From an uncultured Chthonomonadaceae bacterium (lineage in GTDB: Bacteria; Armatimonadota; Chthonomonadetes; Chthonomonadales; Chthonomonadaceae), in the NCBI GenBank assembly GCA_963835065.1, contig CAWIEK010000053.1:256001-320000 (forward strand): 64,000 nt of DNA, given 5' to 3'. The notes under the pieces are model-generated. The model did no database searches. It saw nothing but the letters and a program-made list of their open reading frames with translations, and was not told where the DNA came from. Position numbers and translations under genes: made by a program. This document shows, piece by piece, positions 10,395-21,787 of this stretch (positions within the stretch are counted from its first letter, which is position 1; each line of letters begins with the position of its first letter).

Positions 10395-10469
10395 CTTTGG
10401 GGCACAAGATATAAGGGAAAAGGAAAAAGGAGAAAGAATGAAATTCATCCTTCATCCTTCATCCTTTCC

Positions 10470-11837
10470 TTAAAAGCCACGCAGCAAGAGGCCTAGATAA
10501 GCCACGCTGCTCACGGCTCCGAGGTAATCGAACGCATCGCGGCCTTTCGGGATCGTGCCGGACGGGATCGTAATGGTATCGCCCGGCTGCAAATCAATGT
10601 CCTGCGCCTTGCCTTTGGCAATGTCGCGGTAGCTGAACGGAATGATCTGCGAGTGCTTGGCGTCGTTGTCAGAGTGGCGGAAGATCACGCCGTTGTTTTC
10701 TTTGGCAAACGGAGCCACGCCGCCCGCTTCGCTGATGGCCTGCGTCAGCGTGGTGCGCTTGTCATAGACGATCTTGCCGGGGCGGACAAAGCCGCCATTG
10801 ACGTTGATGTAAGAGTTGTTTTCCAGTTTCTCAACGTATACGGTGTCATCGGGCTTCAAGGTGATGTTGTTGACCACATCGCCCTGCTCGGCCTTGTCCA
10901 GATCAATCGTCAAGGGACGGTCTTCGCCCACGCGCCGAATAATGACCTGCTTGCGGTTGGCGGCCAGGCGCGTCCCGCCTACAAGGTTGATGGCTTCGCG
11001 CACGGTCAGGGTTTGGCCGGTCGGCAGGGGAATGTCGCGCTGCGTTTTTTCCACTTCGCCAAAAACCGAAACCGTTCCCTTGCTGGGCAGGGTTTTGAAG
11101 CCCACGATGATGCGGTCTTTGTCCTTCAGCACGGGGTTTTGGCTTTCGTCGGGCGTTTCGCCAACCGCGGGGCGGAAGAACTTTTCGAAGTTGTAGGTCA
11201 GCGTCGTGACTTTATCTTCGTTGCCCACTTTGGTATGGCGCAGGATATTGACGCGGGACAGGTCGGAGTTTTCCGTCGGATCGGCGCGGGAAAGCACGTC
11301 AATCAGCGTCACGTCGCTGCCGATGGCAACCGGGCCGGAATTGCGCACCGCGCCGCCGATGAAAATCACCGGGCGGGGCACGCCCACAATCGTCACCGTG
11401 ACCTGCGGATTCTTGACATACACTTTGAGGTAATCGGCAATGGCGGCGGCGGTCTGCGCCGGGGTTTTGCCGAGCGCCTTGATGGGCTGCATGATGCCGG
11501 CATACTTGACGTTGATGTTGCCATTGGCGTCCACGCCATACGTGCCGCTGGGATCGGGTTCGCCGACGACGGTGACGCTGATGACAAAGCCGGCCTTGAT
11601 GGGCTGCGTCTGGCTGATGGCTTCCTCGCCGATGGAAGAAGTGGATTTATCCAGGGACTTGTCCGTCTTATCGGTCTTGTCCGTTTTAATCAGTGGATCG
11701 GTTTTATCGCCGGTATCCAACCCCTGCGCCCGCGCCGACAGGCTTGCGCCGGACAGCAGCAGGCCCAGCCCGCAGGCCATAATCAGCGACCTCGCACCGG
11801 CGCGTTTTGGAAAGAATGAAGAACACTTCATGGGCAT
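10470..11837 (-). CDS. Polysaccharide export protein (Poly_export plus SLBB domains, Wza-like)
   Basis: Signal peptide; VTVVGEPDPSGTYGVDANGNI, VKNPQVTV, repeated SLBB units, LQPGDTITIP. Confidence 0.85.
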   Translation of the reverse strand: MPMKCSSFFPKRAGARSLIMACGLGLLLSGASLSARAQGLDTGDKTDPLIKTDKTDKTDKSLDKSTSSIGEEAISQTQPIKAGFVISVTVVGEPDPSGTYGVDANGNINVKYAGIMQPIKALGKTPAQTAAAIADYLKVYVKNPQVTVTIVGVPRPVIFIGGAVRNSGPVAIGSDVTLIDVLSRADPTENSDLSRVNILRHTKVGNEDKVTTLTYNFEKFFRPAVGETPDESQNPVLKDKDRIIVGFKTLPSKGTVSVFGEVEKTQRDIPLPTGQTLTVREAINLVGGTRLAANRKQVIIRRVGEDRPLTIDLDKAEQGDVVNNITLKPDDTVYVEKLENNSYINVNGGFVRPGKIVYDKRTTLTQAISEAGGVAPFAKENNGVIFRHSDNDAKHSQIIPFSYRDIAKGKAQDIDLQPGDTITIPSGTIPKGRDAFDYLGAVSSVAYLGLLLRGF

Positions 11838-11861
11838 ACTCCTTAATGACTGGCAAACGTG

Positions 11862-11950
11862 AGGAAGGCATCAGGCATTAGATATTAGGCATTAGATAAG
11901 GGCTGTTGGGACAATAACTTGTATCTAGTGCCTAATGCCTGATGCCTTCC
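11862..11950. repeat. GCATTAG/GCATCAG heptamer palindromic element
   Basis: ggaaggcatcaggcattagatattaggcattag ... ctagtgcctaatgcctgatgccttcc. Confidence 0.85.
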
Positions 11951-12135
11951 CCGCAAAATAGTACCGCAAACATTGAATGAGAACCGAGTCAGTTTCGCAT
12001 CGGTTGGGGTAGTATAGAAAAAGCAGTTGCAAACACCCTTTGGGAATGGAGCGCAGTCCCTTATACGGAGGCTGGCCCGCTTTCCATCACGCCATTTACC
12101 GGAAAATTTCTAAATTTTTTGACGGGAGAACCCCT

Positions 12136-12783
12136 ATGATGAAACCTGCCGCCCTGAAAATGCTCTGGATCAACTGTGTCGAGCGCCTCAAAGATCGGAT
12201 CAACAACCGCTCGTTCTGGGAAGCGCTGGAAGCCACAAACGCCATTACGGTAGAAGGCGATGTCCTGATTATCGGCTTAGACCCGCAAAACTTCAATCGC
12301 GCTACACATTTGCAGCAAGTGACCAATATGCACACCATTATGGATGTGGTCAAAGAGCTGTTCAACCAGCCTTTGCAGGTGCGCTTGATCGAAGGCACGA
12401 CGCTGCAGGATTGGGAAACCACCAAAGAAAGCGATATTCGCGTTGCGGCCATGAAACAGGCCGGGAACACGCGCCTTGTCAAAGAAGACCGACAGCTTAC
12501 CGGATGGGAGGGCGTGTACGAAACCATGTCGCGTCTGTACGCGCAGTCCCCCAATCGCTCGCTGCCGCAGGGCAAGGCGCGTTATGCCAACGAAGCGCTG
12601 TACCTGCTGGCCGAAGCGATGGATAACCTGTACCCGGAGGAACCCGATGAGGTCACGGAGCGCAGCCTGGCGCGGACTCTGGAACGAATTTCCAATGCGG
12701 CAGATATTCCGGCTTCAGTTCTGGCCTTTGAACTGGAACGCCTGCGCACCTGGCGCAAAGGCGGCCAGGAAGCGGCGGAGTAA
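12136..12783 (+). CDS. Hypothetical protein; N-terminus resembles DnaA domain I
   Basis: LWINCVERLKDRINNRSFWEALEATNAITVEGDVLIIG...VKELFNQPLQVRL pattern, judged by eye. Confidence 0.7.
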   Translation: MMKPAALKMLWINCVERLKDRINNRSFWEALEATNAITVEGDVLIIGLDPQNFNRATHLQQVTNMHTIMDVVKELFNQPLQVRLIEGTTLQDWETTKESDIRVAAMKQAGNTRLVKEDRQLTGWEGVYETMSRLYAQSPNRSLPQGKARYANEALYLLAEAMDNLYPEEPDEVTERSLARTLERISNAADIPASVLAFELERLRTWRKGGQEAAE

Positions 12784-12945
12784 TCCACGCGCTATCTCGT
12801 AAACTATACCACAACTTTTCGCGGTTTGCGTGGAAATCATCGGGAACGGGCGCGTTTATGCGCCCCTCCTACCTTGTAGCATTGCAAGAATCATGCCAAA
12901 CCACGCGAATTTGGGAAAACGGGCAAAATATCTTTTTGCGATTGC

Positions 12946-12975
12946 GGGAACATTCATCAAGGGAGTCGCCGTCCT
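12946..12975 (+). promoter_or_regulatory. Putative stress ECF-sigma promoter
   Basis: GGGAAC-N18-CGTCCT; identical boxes and spacing at 21678. Confidence 0.5.
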
Positions 12976-13146
12976 GCGCATAGATCACGCAGGCAGCATT
13001 TGTAGAACGTTTGGCATAGCGCCGGACGCTCTGCGCACACGGGAAGTCCGGCGCGTTTCCGGCGCGGCGGTGAATTCCTTACAATAGAAAAGCGACACAA
13101 CCCTTAACAAAATACCGACGGCCTGCGCGTGAGGAGAAAGACAACC

Positions 13147-13689
13147 ATGGCACAGCATAACGCATCCGTGACGGTGAATGCGCCCTTGCATCAGGTGTTT
13201 CAACTGTTCTCGCATTTCAACGACTTTCCGAAGTTCATGTCCTACATCAAGGAAGTGACGTACTACGACAATGAGCGCAGCCACTGGGTTGCCAACGTGG
13301 TCGGCAAGCATGAGTGGGACGCGATCAACGAAAACTGGATACCGGATCAGCAGATCGGCTGGCGTTCCACGGACGGCCTGGAAAACAGCGGCGTGGTGCG
13401 CTTCACATCCGCCGGGGATATGGCGACGAAGATAAACGTGACCATCAACTACGATCCGCCTGCGGGCGTGTTGGGCGACATTGGCGAGTCGCTTGGCGTG
13501 GGCAAAAAGTTCGAGCAGACACTGCAGCACGACCTGGACAACTTCGCGGAAATGGTGGCGCAGGCTCCACGCGGCGCACTCGATCCCCAATCGTCCAGTT
13601 ACCTGTTCCACGAAGACAGCGCGGCGGCACAGGGGCAGACCACCGAAGCGCAAAACGCCACAATGGACAACGCGGCGACAGTTCGATAA
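13147..13689 (+). CDS. SRPBCC / polyketide-cyclase family protein
   Basis: VTVNAPLHQVF...FPKFM...SHWV...EWDA...PDQQIGWRS...YDPPAG. Confidence 0.9.
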   Translation: MAQHNASVTVNAPLHQVFQLFSHFNDFPKFMSYIKEVTYYDNERSHWVANVVGKHEWDAINENWIPDQQIGWRSTDGLENSGVVRFTSAGDMATKINVTINYDPPAGVLGDIGESLGVGKKFEQTLQHDLDNFAEMVAQAPRGALDPQSSSYLFHEDSAAAQGQTTEAQNATMDNAATVR

Positions 13690-16600
13690 CCAGCATTGCC
13701 GCAACAGTCTGAACCTTTAACAACGACACATACACGAGCAACGCCCGCTTTTCTTTCGAGATGAGAGCGGGCGTTGTTATTTGGTTGGAGGAAACAGGCG
13801 CTATCATTGTCCGTTGACTGGGCGAGACTTGTGGTTTGTCGGTTTGCTTGTAGTCTTATTTGTCTCCTGGCTTGTTGTTTCGGCAACGTGACAACCTTAC
13901 GGCCAACCGGCGTAAACGGCTTCCTGGGTTCCGCCTGCCAGAACAGCACATTTCCACTCCCATGCCCGCTTGCCAATGTATTGCCATCCGGCGAAAAGGC
14001 AAGGGAATGAAGCCCTTCCTGATCCGAGTTCAGCGTCAGCGTATCCAGCACCTGATGATCGCGCAGTGTGGACAGTGACCAAAGTTTAATAACGCCATCC
14101 CTGCTGCCGGTGGCAAGCGTTTTGCCATCGGGAGAAAAAGTCAAAGCCTCCACAGAAGCGTTATGGCCGGGAAGCAGGTATAGAGGCTTGCGCGATTTGA
14201 CATCCCAAATACGCGCGGTATGATCCCGACTGCCGGTTGCCAGCAAGCGTCCATCCGGCGAAAAAGCGACAGATAGAATGGTGTCCTGATGAACAAACTG
14301 TGAGGGCACGGTGGAACCCTGCACCTGGCGCGGCGGGCGGCCAATCTCCTGGCGAGTTTCGGGATTCCACCACCGCAACTCCCCGGAACCGCCTCCTGTA
14401 ACGAGTATCTTGCCATCAGGTGAGAATGCCATCGCCATGATCCAGCCGGTATGGCCGAGATGATGCGTAAATTCCGGTATCTCCTTATGGGTGGCAACGT
14501 CCCACAGTCGGGCATGGTAGCCGTTGTAGGGGCTGGGATGGAATTCCGGCTCTCTTTTGGTGTTGCCGCCTCCCGTAACAATGTACTTGCCATTTGGTGA
14601 AAAGGCAACCGATCTGAAAATATCCGCATCAATGTCTTCAGTTGCTGCCTGGAAACAGGCAATCTCCCGCCCTGTTTGCGTGTCGCACAAGGTCAGCGAT
14701 TTATCCGCGCTTGCGACTGCAAGGGTGTTGCCATTCGGCGCAAAAGCAACGTATACCTCTTTGGCATGTAGTGGGGTAGACGCACTGAAGTTTATGAGTG
14801 CGCGCGTTCCAAATACGCGCGACATTTTTATCTTTGTCGCCACAGGTTGCCAGCCACTTTCCATCACGGGAATACACAAGCGTGTTTACGGTTCCACTCT
14901 GCGTTGGCAGCATGGGCGGCGTGAACTGCGCGACATCCCACAACTTGATTGTCTCGTCAAGGCCGCCACTAATCAGCGTTCGGCTGTCAGGCGTGAAGGT
15001 GATCGCTTTTACGCTTTTCGTGTGTCCGCGTAGGGTCCTCATTTCACGCGGCCTGCCTAACATAGATATAGTGCGCGCATCCCATACTTTAATGATGTTG
15101 TCATCGCTGCTCGTTGCCATCCAAAAGCCATCAAGCGAAAAGGCGACCCCGGTGATTGTGTTGACATGACTGGTTAGCTCCTGGCATTTCTGCGTGGCGA
15201 TGTTCCAGACGCGAACGATTTTATCTTCACCACCCGTAACCAGGTAGTTTCCGTCCGGGCTGAACACGGCACTATGAAGATATTCCTGTGTCGAACGCAC
15301 TCTTGCGCCTGTACTTAAAGTGGCAATTTGTTTGCCACTGCTGACGTCCCATACGATAGTGGATTGAATATCCAAAGGAATGCCTCCGCCGCTTGCCAGA
15401 CGCTTGCCATCCGGGGAGAAAGCGACACATAAAATGGGGCAATTGAGATGAGGCGAACCCCCATCAGGAGAATGCGACAGCCATTTGAGGGTATGGCGAG
15501 TGGCAGTATCTGTCAAGCCCACTCTGCCGTCTAACGTTCCAAAAGCGAGCAGTGTTCCATCCGGGGAATACGCCAGCGAAAGCACTTTGATATCGCTTTG
15601 TTCGCCAAGAGGGAAAAAGAAGTCTTCTTTTGCGGATTTCACATCCCATAAACGTATGCGGTTGGAAATAGCGACCGCAAGGGTATGCCCATCCGGCGAG
15701 AAAGCTACACAGGGCTTGGTGTATTTCGCCTTGACCGGCAAGTCGGCATGTCGTCCGGTTTTTAGATTGGTCAGGCGAACCATGCAATTATCACTGCCAC
15801 TGGCAAGCAAGGTTCCATCCGGTGAACAGGCAAGGCTGCAAATCCCGTCTTGCTGGTTCTGAAAAGTACGATGCGCCGTGTTAAGGCATTCTTGGTGTAG
15901 GTAGTACCATTCAAAGCTGCGCAAGTCACTGGCAAAAGCATTTGGATGTGCATAACGCACAAGAATTCCTTTCGCTACAGTAAAGTTATCTGTGTTGATT
16001 GCCTTCTGGCTAAGAACCAGTGAATGAGGATAAAGTAGTCTTTCTGTGTGCTGCCGTTCAAGTGTTGCAGCCATTAAAGCTTGAGAACGTTGCTGTGCCA
16101 AACGTTTTGCCTTCGCTTCCGCCACTCGCTCTGTGGCGGCATTATGATTGGCGCGCTTTGCCTCTTTGTTCGCGCGTTCAGCCTCAGTTGTACGATCTAA
16201 AGCATATTCTTGGGCCTTCTGCTGGTTTTGTTGAGCAATCTCCTTCTGTTTTTTTGCTTCGTTTGCAATTCGTTCGATGCCGAGTGCATATTCATGTTCC
16301 GCTTCGGCCTTTTCGTGTTCTGTTTTGGCCTGAAGTTGGGTTTGACGGACCAACAAATCATCCTTGGCAAGTTTTACAGCGTCGGCCTCTCGCTTTTGCT
16401 GAAGTGCAACTCCCGCCAGAATACTCATAATGAGCAGCACGGCGGACGAAAGCGTCAACGCTCGAATCAAGCCTTTGCGGTAAGCTTCGCGCTGGCGACG
16501 CAGTTCCGCGTCGGGCATGTGGGCGGTTATCCACGCCTTATCGAAAACATGCCCGTAAATGCGGTTGCGGACGCGGAGCAGACCCTTTTCCACGCCCGCC

Positions 16601-17589
16601 ACGCCGCTGAGTTTGAGAATAGCGGGGAGGGGGCTGGTATCATCATCGGGAACAATTCTGCCCTGCCGAACCTGGCTGTACAGGTCGAGCAGGGACGCGA
16701 CATCCGCTTCGCTGTTCAACAGGCGGCTGCGCACAAAAGTCAGGTTATCATCCGTTTCTTTGGCCTTGTGCGCGAGAAAGAGTTCGTCGCACAGGCTGTC
16801 TACCTGCGTGGGCGTTTTCGCATCCGTTTCGGCTGCCGCCAGGCACAGGCGCTGCGTGAGATAGGGATGCCCGCCCGTCCAGTACAGCACGCGATTCAGC
16901 ACGGCTTTGCTGTTGCCGTGCAGCCCTTCGGCAAGCGGGGCGGCTTCCATATCCGTGAAATCACACACTTCAATGCGCCTGCCGATGTTGAAGGGAGAAA
17001 CGCGCGTATCCTGCACCAAATCGGCGGGCGTGGCGGTTCCGAGCAGGCAGAAAACCAGACGGCTGAAGTCGGCGTTGGTGGCGCGCTCCACGTAGCACTG
17101 GCGAATGGCGGCAAAGAACTCGTCGGCGGAAAACGGCAGGGAACGCACCACGTCAATCTCATCCACGAACAAAATCAATTTCTGCTTGACGGCGGGCAGG
17201 GCGATTTGCTCGATAGCCGTAAAGCAGCGCTGCAAGGGACTGAGGCGCGGATTGTCCTGGTAATAATCGTCGAATTCGTCTTCCAAATCAAGCTGGCGGC
17301 CCAAGCGCAGGAGCAGGCCATCGTACCACTGTTCGGGCGTCAGGTTCTGCCCAATGGCCGTCAGGTCTAAAACCGCTACCGCGTGTCCTTCGGCTCGCAG
17401 ACGCTGCGCCGTATGCACCATCAGACTGGACTTGCCCATCTGCCGCGCATTGAGAACGTAACAATACTCGCCTGCCATCAGGCTTGCGTAAAGGTCGGTG
17501 TCGGCCTGGCGCGCGATGTAGGAAGCCGAACCTTGCCGGAGTGTGCCGCCGGTCACATAGAAGGCGGGAGAAAGAGCCGCAGTAGTCAT
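13599..17589 (-). CDS. AAA_35-type ATPase, TM, coiled coil and WD40-repeat protein (frameshift near 14773; 3' end uncertain)
   Basis: FYVTGGTL...YIARQAD...ARQMGKSSL, LFVDEID, SPFNIG; many AFSPDG...WD repeats across ORFs 14701..17589 and 13599..14879. Confidence 0.85.
13738..13777. terminator. Terminator hairpin between convergent genes
   Basis: caacgcccgct / agcgggcgttg. Confidence 0.6.
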
Positions 17590-17803
17590 AGTAACGCCTT
17601 AACAGTAGAGGAAGCACCGGGAGTGGAGAAATGGATGCGGCTAAATTCGCTTCAAAATCCTATTTTCCTCCCCTGAATTTACATTTTCATCGGAATTTAT
17701 TTTTCGGACTGTTCTTTCCATTTCCAAAGCAAGGAAAGCAGGAAATTGCCTCACGGTTACGGAAAGAGTCAGCCACAACTCCAACCTTGCAAGAGAAGAA
17801 GCT

Positions 17804-19747
17804 ATGTCCCGACTTTACCCTGCATCGTTCGCTCCGCTTCAGCCTGATACGTTTACACCCCTTCCGCTTGGCAGCGTTTTGCCGCGCGGTTGGCTGCTGC
17901 GCCAGTGCCAAATACAAGCCGACGGCCTGACCGGGCATCTGGAAGAGTTCTGGCCGGATTTGGGACCGGACAATATGTGGCTTGGCGGCAGCCGGGAAGG
18001 ATGGGAGCGCGCGCCCTACTATCTCGACGGCCTGGTTCCCCTCGCCCATTTGCTACAGGACGCGCGGCTCAAAGGCATGGCGCAACGTTGGCTGGACAGC
18101 ATTTTGTCCATGCAGGACGAAACCGGCTGGATCGGTCCCGTTCGTTCACAGGCGTCGGCGCGGACGTATGACCAGTGGCCGATTTTCATTGTATTCAAGG
18201 TTCTGACGCAGCATCACGAGGCGACGGGAGACGAGCGCGTTATACCTCTGATGCTCAATTTTACGCGCTATCTGCGCGACACGCTGGACGAGCGCCCCCT
18301 GTTTTCGTGGGGACAAATGCGCTGGGCCGATTTAGTATTGTCGCTGCACTGGCTGTATGACCGCGTAAACAGCAAAGTGGATAAAGCAAATGGCGAAAAT
18401 AGTGGCGAAGACAACGGCTGGATTTTGGAAGTGGCGCAAAAAGTGCAGGCGCAGGGCTACGACTGGCGCGGCCACTTTGCGGATTTTCAATTTACGGAAA
18501 AGAACCCGCAAGGCGACATCAGCCTGAAAACGCACGTCGTCAACAACGCGATGGCCGTGAAGTGCGGCGGAATCGCGTGGAAGCAAAGCGGGCAGGAAAC
18601 AGACAGAGCAAGCGTGTACCGAACACTGGAAATGCTCGACACGTATCACGGGCAGGCAACGGGCATGTTCGGCGGGGATGAGCATTACGCGGGCAAAAAT
18701 CCCTCACAGGGAACGGAGTTATGCGCGGTTGTGGAAATGATGTACTCGCTGGAGCTGCTGCTGGCGACGCTGGGCGACCCGGCTTTTGGCGACCGATTGG
18801 AAAAGATCGCTTACAACGCCCTGCCCGCCACCTGCACACCCGACTTTTGGGCGCACCAGTACGACCAGCAGGTGAATCAGGTGTCCTGCACGATTGACAA
18901 ACGGCAGTGGACTTCCAACAACGACGACAGCAACGTCTACGGCCTGGAACCCAATTTCGGCTGCTGCACGGCCAACATGCACCAGGGCTGGCCGAAGTTC
19001 GTTTCTCATTTATGGATGGCAACGCCCGATGATGGCCTTGCGGCAGTGGCGTATGGCCCGTGCGCGGTAAAAGCGCAGGTGGGCAACGGCGCAACAGTCA
19101 CGATTGAAACCCAAACCGAGTACCCATTCCGCGATACCATTGTCTTCACCATTCGATGTTCGGAGCAGGCAACGTTTCCCCTTAAATTGCGTATTCCGGC
19201 GTGGACGGAACGCGCTATCATTCAAATCGGGCATGGCGAAATCGAAAAACATCTCCGACCGGGAACATGGCACACGCTGGCCCGAACATGGCAGGACGGC
19301 GATACGGTCACGCTGACCCTGCCACAGCACGTCCGTTTGGAACGCCGCTATAACAATGCTGTTTCTGTTCTGCGCGGCCCGCTTGTGTATGGCCTGCGCA
19401 TGGGCGAACGGTTCGAGCAGATACGCGGCGAAGCGCCCCATTGCGATTACGCCGTCCATGCCACCACGCCGTGGAACTACGGCCTTGTCATAGACGAACA
19501 CACGCACAGCAGCGGCTTGGCCGTCCGCGAACAGCCGCTCGGCGACATCCCCTTTGCGCCCCAATCCGCGCCCGTGATCGTCACCGCCCCGGCCAAGCAG
19601 ATTCCGCACTGGCAGATGGAGCAGAATTCGGCAGGCACATTGCCGCAAAGCCCGGTGCAGACCGATACGCCCCTCGAAGCCGTCGAACTCATCCCCTACG
19701 GCTGCACCAATCTCCGCATCGGCGAGTTCCCAACAGTTGAAGCCTAA
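17804..19747 (+). CDS. GH127-like beta-L-arabinofuranosidase (DUF1680)
   Basis: PRGWL, GWERAPYYLDG, GTELCAVVE, NFGCCTAN, LIPYG motifs. Confidence 0.85.
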   Translation: MSRLYPASFAPLQPDTFTPLPLGSVLPRGWLLRQCQIQADGLTGHLEEFWPDLGPDNMWLGGSREGWERAPYYLDGLVPLAHLLQDARLKGMAQRWLDSILSMQDETGWIGPVRSQASARTYDQWPIFIVFKVLTQHHEATGDERVIPLMLNFTRYLRDTLDERPLFSWGQMRWADLVLSLHWLYDRVNSKVDKANGENSGEDNGWILEVAQKVQAQGYDWRGHFADFQFTEKNPQGDISLKTHVVNNAMAVKCGGIAWKQSGQETDRASVYRTLEMLDTYHGQATGMFGGDEHYAGKNPSQGTELCAVVEMMYSLELLLATLGDPAFGDRLEKIAYNALPATCTPDFWAHQYDQQVNQVSCTIDKRQWTSNNDDSNVYGLEPNFGCCTANMHQGWPKFVSHLWMATPDDGLAAVAYGPCAVKAQVGNGATVTIETQTEYPFRDTIVFTIRCSEQATFPLKLRIPAWTERAIIQIGHGEIEKHLRPGTWHTLARTWQDGDTVTLTLPQHVRLERRYNNAVSVLRGPLVYGLRMGERFEQIRGEAPHCDYAVHATTPWNYGLVIDEHTHSSGLAVREQPLGDIPFAPQSAPVIVTAPAKQIPHWQMEQNSAGTLPQSPVQTDTPLEAVELIPYGCTNLRIGEFPTVEA

Positions 19748-19831
19748 AGGCCCGTAAACGTATAAGTTCCCGGTTTTGCAGGTCAACCTCACACAGACAA
19801 CGGGAAGTAATAGATTTACCGGCAGTGCTTG

Positions 19832-20752
19832 TTATGCCCAACTCAGGTCACGGCTAATCAGCACCTCGGTCATGGCGGCATGATGGGTGTTCTTCATAGG
19901 AATCGCCAGAGTTTCAAAACCATGCTTTGCCGCCAGTTCGCACACGCCCGGCGCGTTGTCGTAGGTCATCAGGAACGCGCCCCGTAGCGTTGCGGCAACG
20001 CGAAACAGTTCCTCGTGATCCAGTTCGCTGTGCGCGTACAAACGGGAACCCGCTTTTTTGCCATCCGCCGTGTAAGGCGGGTCAATGAAGAACACAGCAT
20101 CAGGACATAAGGCGTTCTCCTTGAGAACTTGCAGGCCGTCACCCTGCACAAAGCAAATGCGCTCGGCAACCAGAGCGATGTTGTCAATGCGCGTTTTCAG
20201 CGTCTGCGGATACCAACGCGAGGCCAATCCCTTGCCGTTCTCGCCACGCTTGAGCCTTCCGCTTCCCGGCGCTAAGATGCCGCCGTGATTGATACGGTTG
20301 CGCAACAGGGTTTGAAAGGCTCTTTCGCGTACATCCGAACAGGGACGGTCAAGTTCCGCCTGTACGTTCTCTGCGGTCAAGTCAAACCCCACAATTTTCT
20401 TCGCCAGCCATGCCGCATTGCCGCCAAGAATGGCTTGCCACACGGCGGCAACATCCGCGTCAAGTTCTACCATCGTTACCATGTTTGCCAGTTGCTCAAA
20501 CGCGACGGTCAGGCTGATAATGCCGCCCCCGGCAAACGGCTCGATGAAATGCTGCGGCTTGTTATTGAGACTGCCAAGCCATTGCCGCAGGCGCGGCACG
20601 AACCACGTTTTGCCGCCGGGATAGCGAAACGGACTGCGCTGCGGAACCGAAGCGACATTGACAATGGCTTCGCTTTTCGCCTCCTCGAACAGTTCGTATT
20701 GGTAAGCAGGCTCACGAACCTGTGTCAAGGGTATTGAGCGCGTTGCCGCCAT
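19832..20752 (-). CDS. D12-class (Dam-like) N6-adenine DNA methyltransferase
   Basis: SPFRYPGGK, EPFAGGG, DPPY. Confidence 0.9.
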   Translation of the reverse strand: MAATRSIPLTQVREPAYQYELFEEAKSEAIVNVASVPQRSPFRYPGGKTWFVPRLRQWLGSLNNKPQHFIEPFAGGGIISLTVAFEQLANMVTMVELDADVAAVWQAILGGNAAWLAKKIVGFDLTAENVQAELDRPCSDVRERAFQTLLRNRINHGGILAPGSGRLKRGENGKGLASRWYPQTLKTRIDNIALVAERICFVQGDGLQVLKENALCPDAVFFIDPPYTADGKKAGSRLYAHSELDHEELFRVAATLRGAFLMTYDNAPGVCELAAKHGFETLAIPMKNTHHAAMTEVLISRDLSWA

Positions 20753-21587
20753 TGTTCAGTCTCCTGTTGAGTTGCGTCTGCAATTGACCCACAAACACGC
20801 CTTCATCCCCCGCCTCCGAGCGGGTAATTTTCAACAGCGCGGCTTCAAATTGCGTGTAGATGATTTTGTGACGAACAAGGTTGTAGCGGTTGTTTGTGGC
20901 GTCGTGCTGCATATCATAGATCAGCCAGGCCATATCCGCATCGGCTTTGTCCACTTCTTCCAATTTGGGCAGAGTGTTGTAAAAGCCGCGATGCAGAGCA
21001 ACCGCCATTTTGCGCTGCCAGGTGTTGAGAATGCCGCCTTTGAAAATCAATTGCGGAGCCAACCGCTTGCGGGAGGACGAAAGATAATCTGGGCGCGGAT
21101 AGTTACGCTGCCGCCGCCAATCCATATCAAACCGTGTCGGCGGGTCTTCCATGTAGTTTTCAAACGGCGTTCGCACATTGCCCGAAATGTAAACCGCCTG
21201 CACTTCCAGCGCACCGTAATCAAGGACGCGGCCCACTTTGTCATAGGAAATCAGCACCACGTCAATGTTACCGGCAGACTTGCCCGCGCGGTCGTTAAGC
21301 TGTACTTCCGTCAGCGCTGTCCAGGCCGCTTCGGGCGGAAAGAAAAACTCGGCGGCATCGGTGGCAATACGCCAATCCTGCCGGAAGCGCACCGGGCAGG
21401 TAATCGCCACTTCGCCGCCTGTGCCAAAAACGCTGCACACGCCAAGCGGATTTTCCACGCTGCTCTTCGTGCAGTTGGGTGAGGTGTTGTTGAAAGGGCA
21501 CAGCCGATTGTTGCGAACGCGGTCAGCGTCTGAGGACAGATTATCTGCCGGAAAGCCAAACACTTCGGCTAAAGGATGGTTGGGCAT
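20712..21587 (-). CDS. NotI-family restriction endonuclease
   Basis: AEVFGF, CPF..C.K..GVCS..CPVRF Cys4 site; GNID..LEVQAVYISG; RPDYLSSSRKRLAPQL. Confidence 0.85.
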   Translation of the reverse strand: MPNHPLAEVFGFPADNLSSDADRVRNNRLCPFNNTSPNCTKSSVENPLGVCSVFGTGGEVAITCPVRFRQDWRIATDAAEFFFPPEAAWTALTEVQLNDRAGKSAGNIDVVLISYDKVGRVLDYGALEVQAVYISGNVRTPFENYMEDPPTRFDMDWRRQRNYPRPDYLSSSRKRLAPQLIFKGGILNTWQRKMAVALHRGFYNTLPKLEEVDKADADMAWLIYDMQHDATNNRYNLVRHKIIYTQFEAALLKITRSEAGDEGVFVGQLQTQLNRRLNNGGNALNTLDTGS

Positions 21588-21677
21588 GATGCCTGTCTAT
21601 TCGCGAAGATAGAAGCACATTCCTCTTCATTTCTTCATAGTTTGTTCGCTTGCAGTGAGTTGATTTTATCTACCTTT

Positions 21678-21707
21678 GGGAACTGTCAATACACTTTTCC
21701 ACGTCCT
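21678..21707 (+). promoter_or_regulatory. Putative stress ECF-sigma promoter
   Basis: GGGAAC-N18-CGTCCT. Confidence 0.5.
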
Positions 21708-21787
21708 AACCCTGAACTGTCTGTCACTTCAGTTTTTCGGATTGTCAACATTGTTTTTATTTGGCAGGATTGCGGGAGGAGCCTTCC

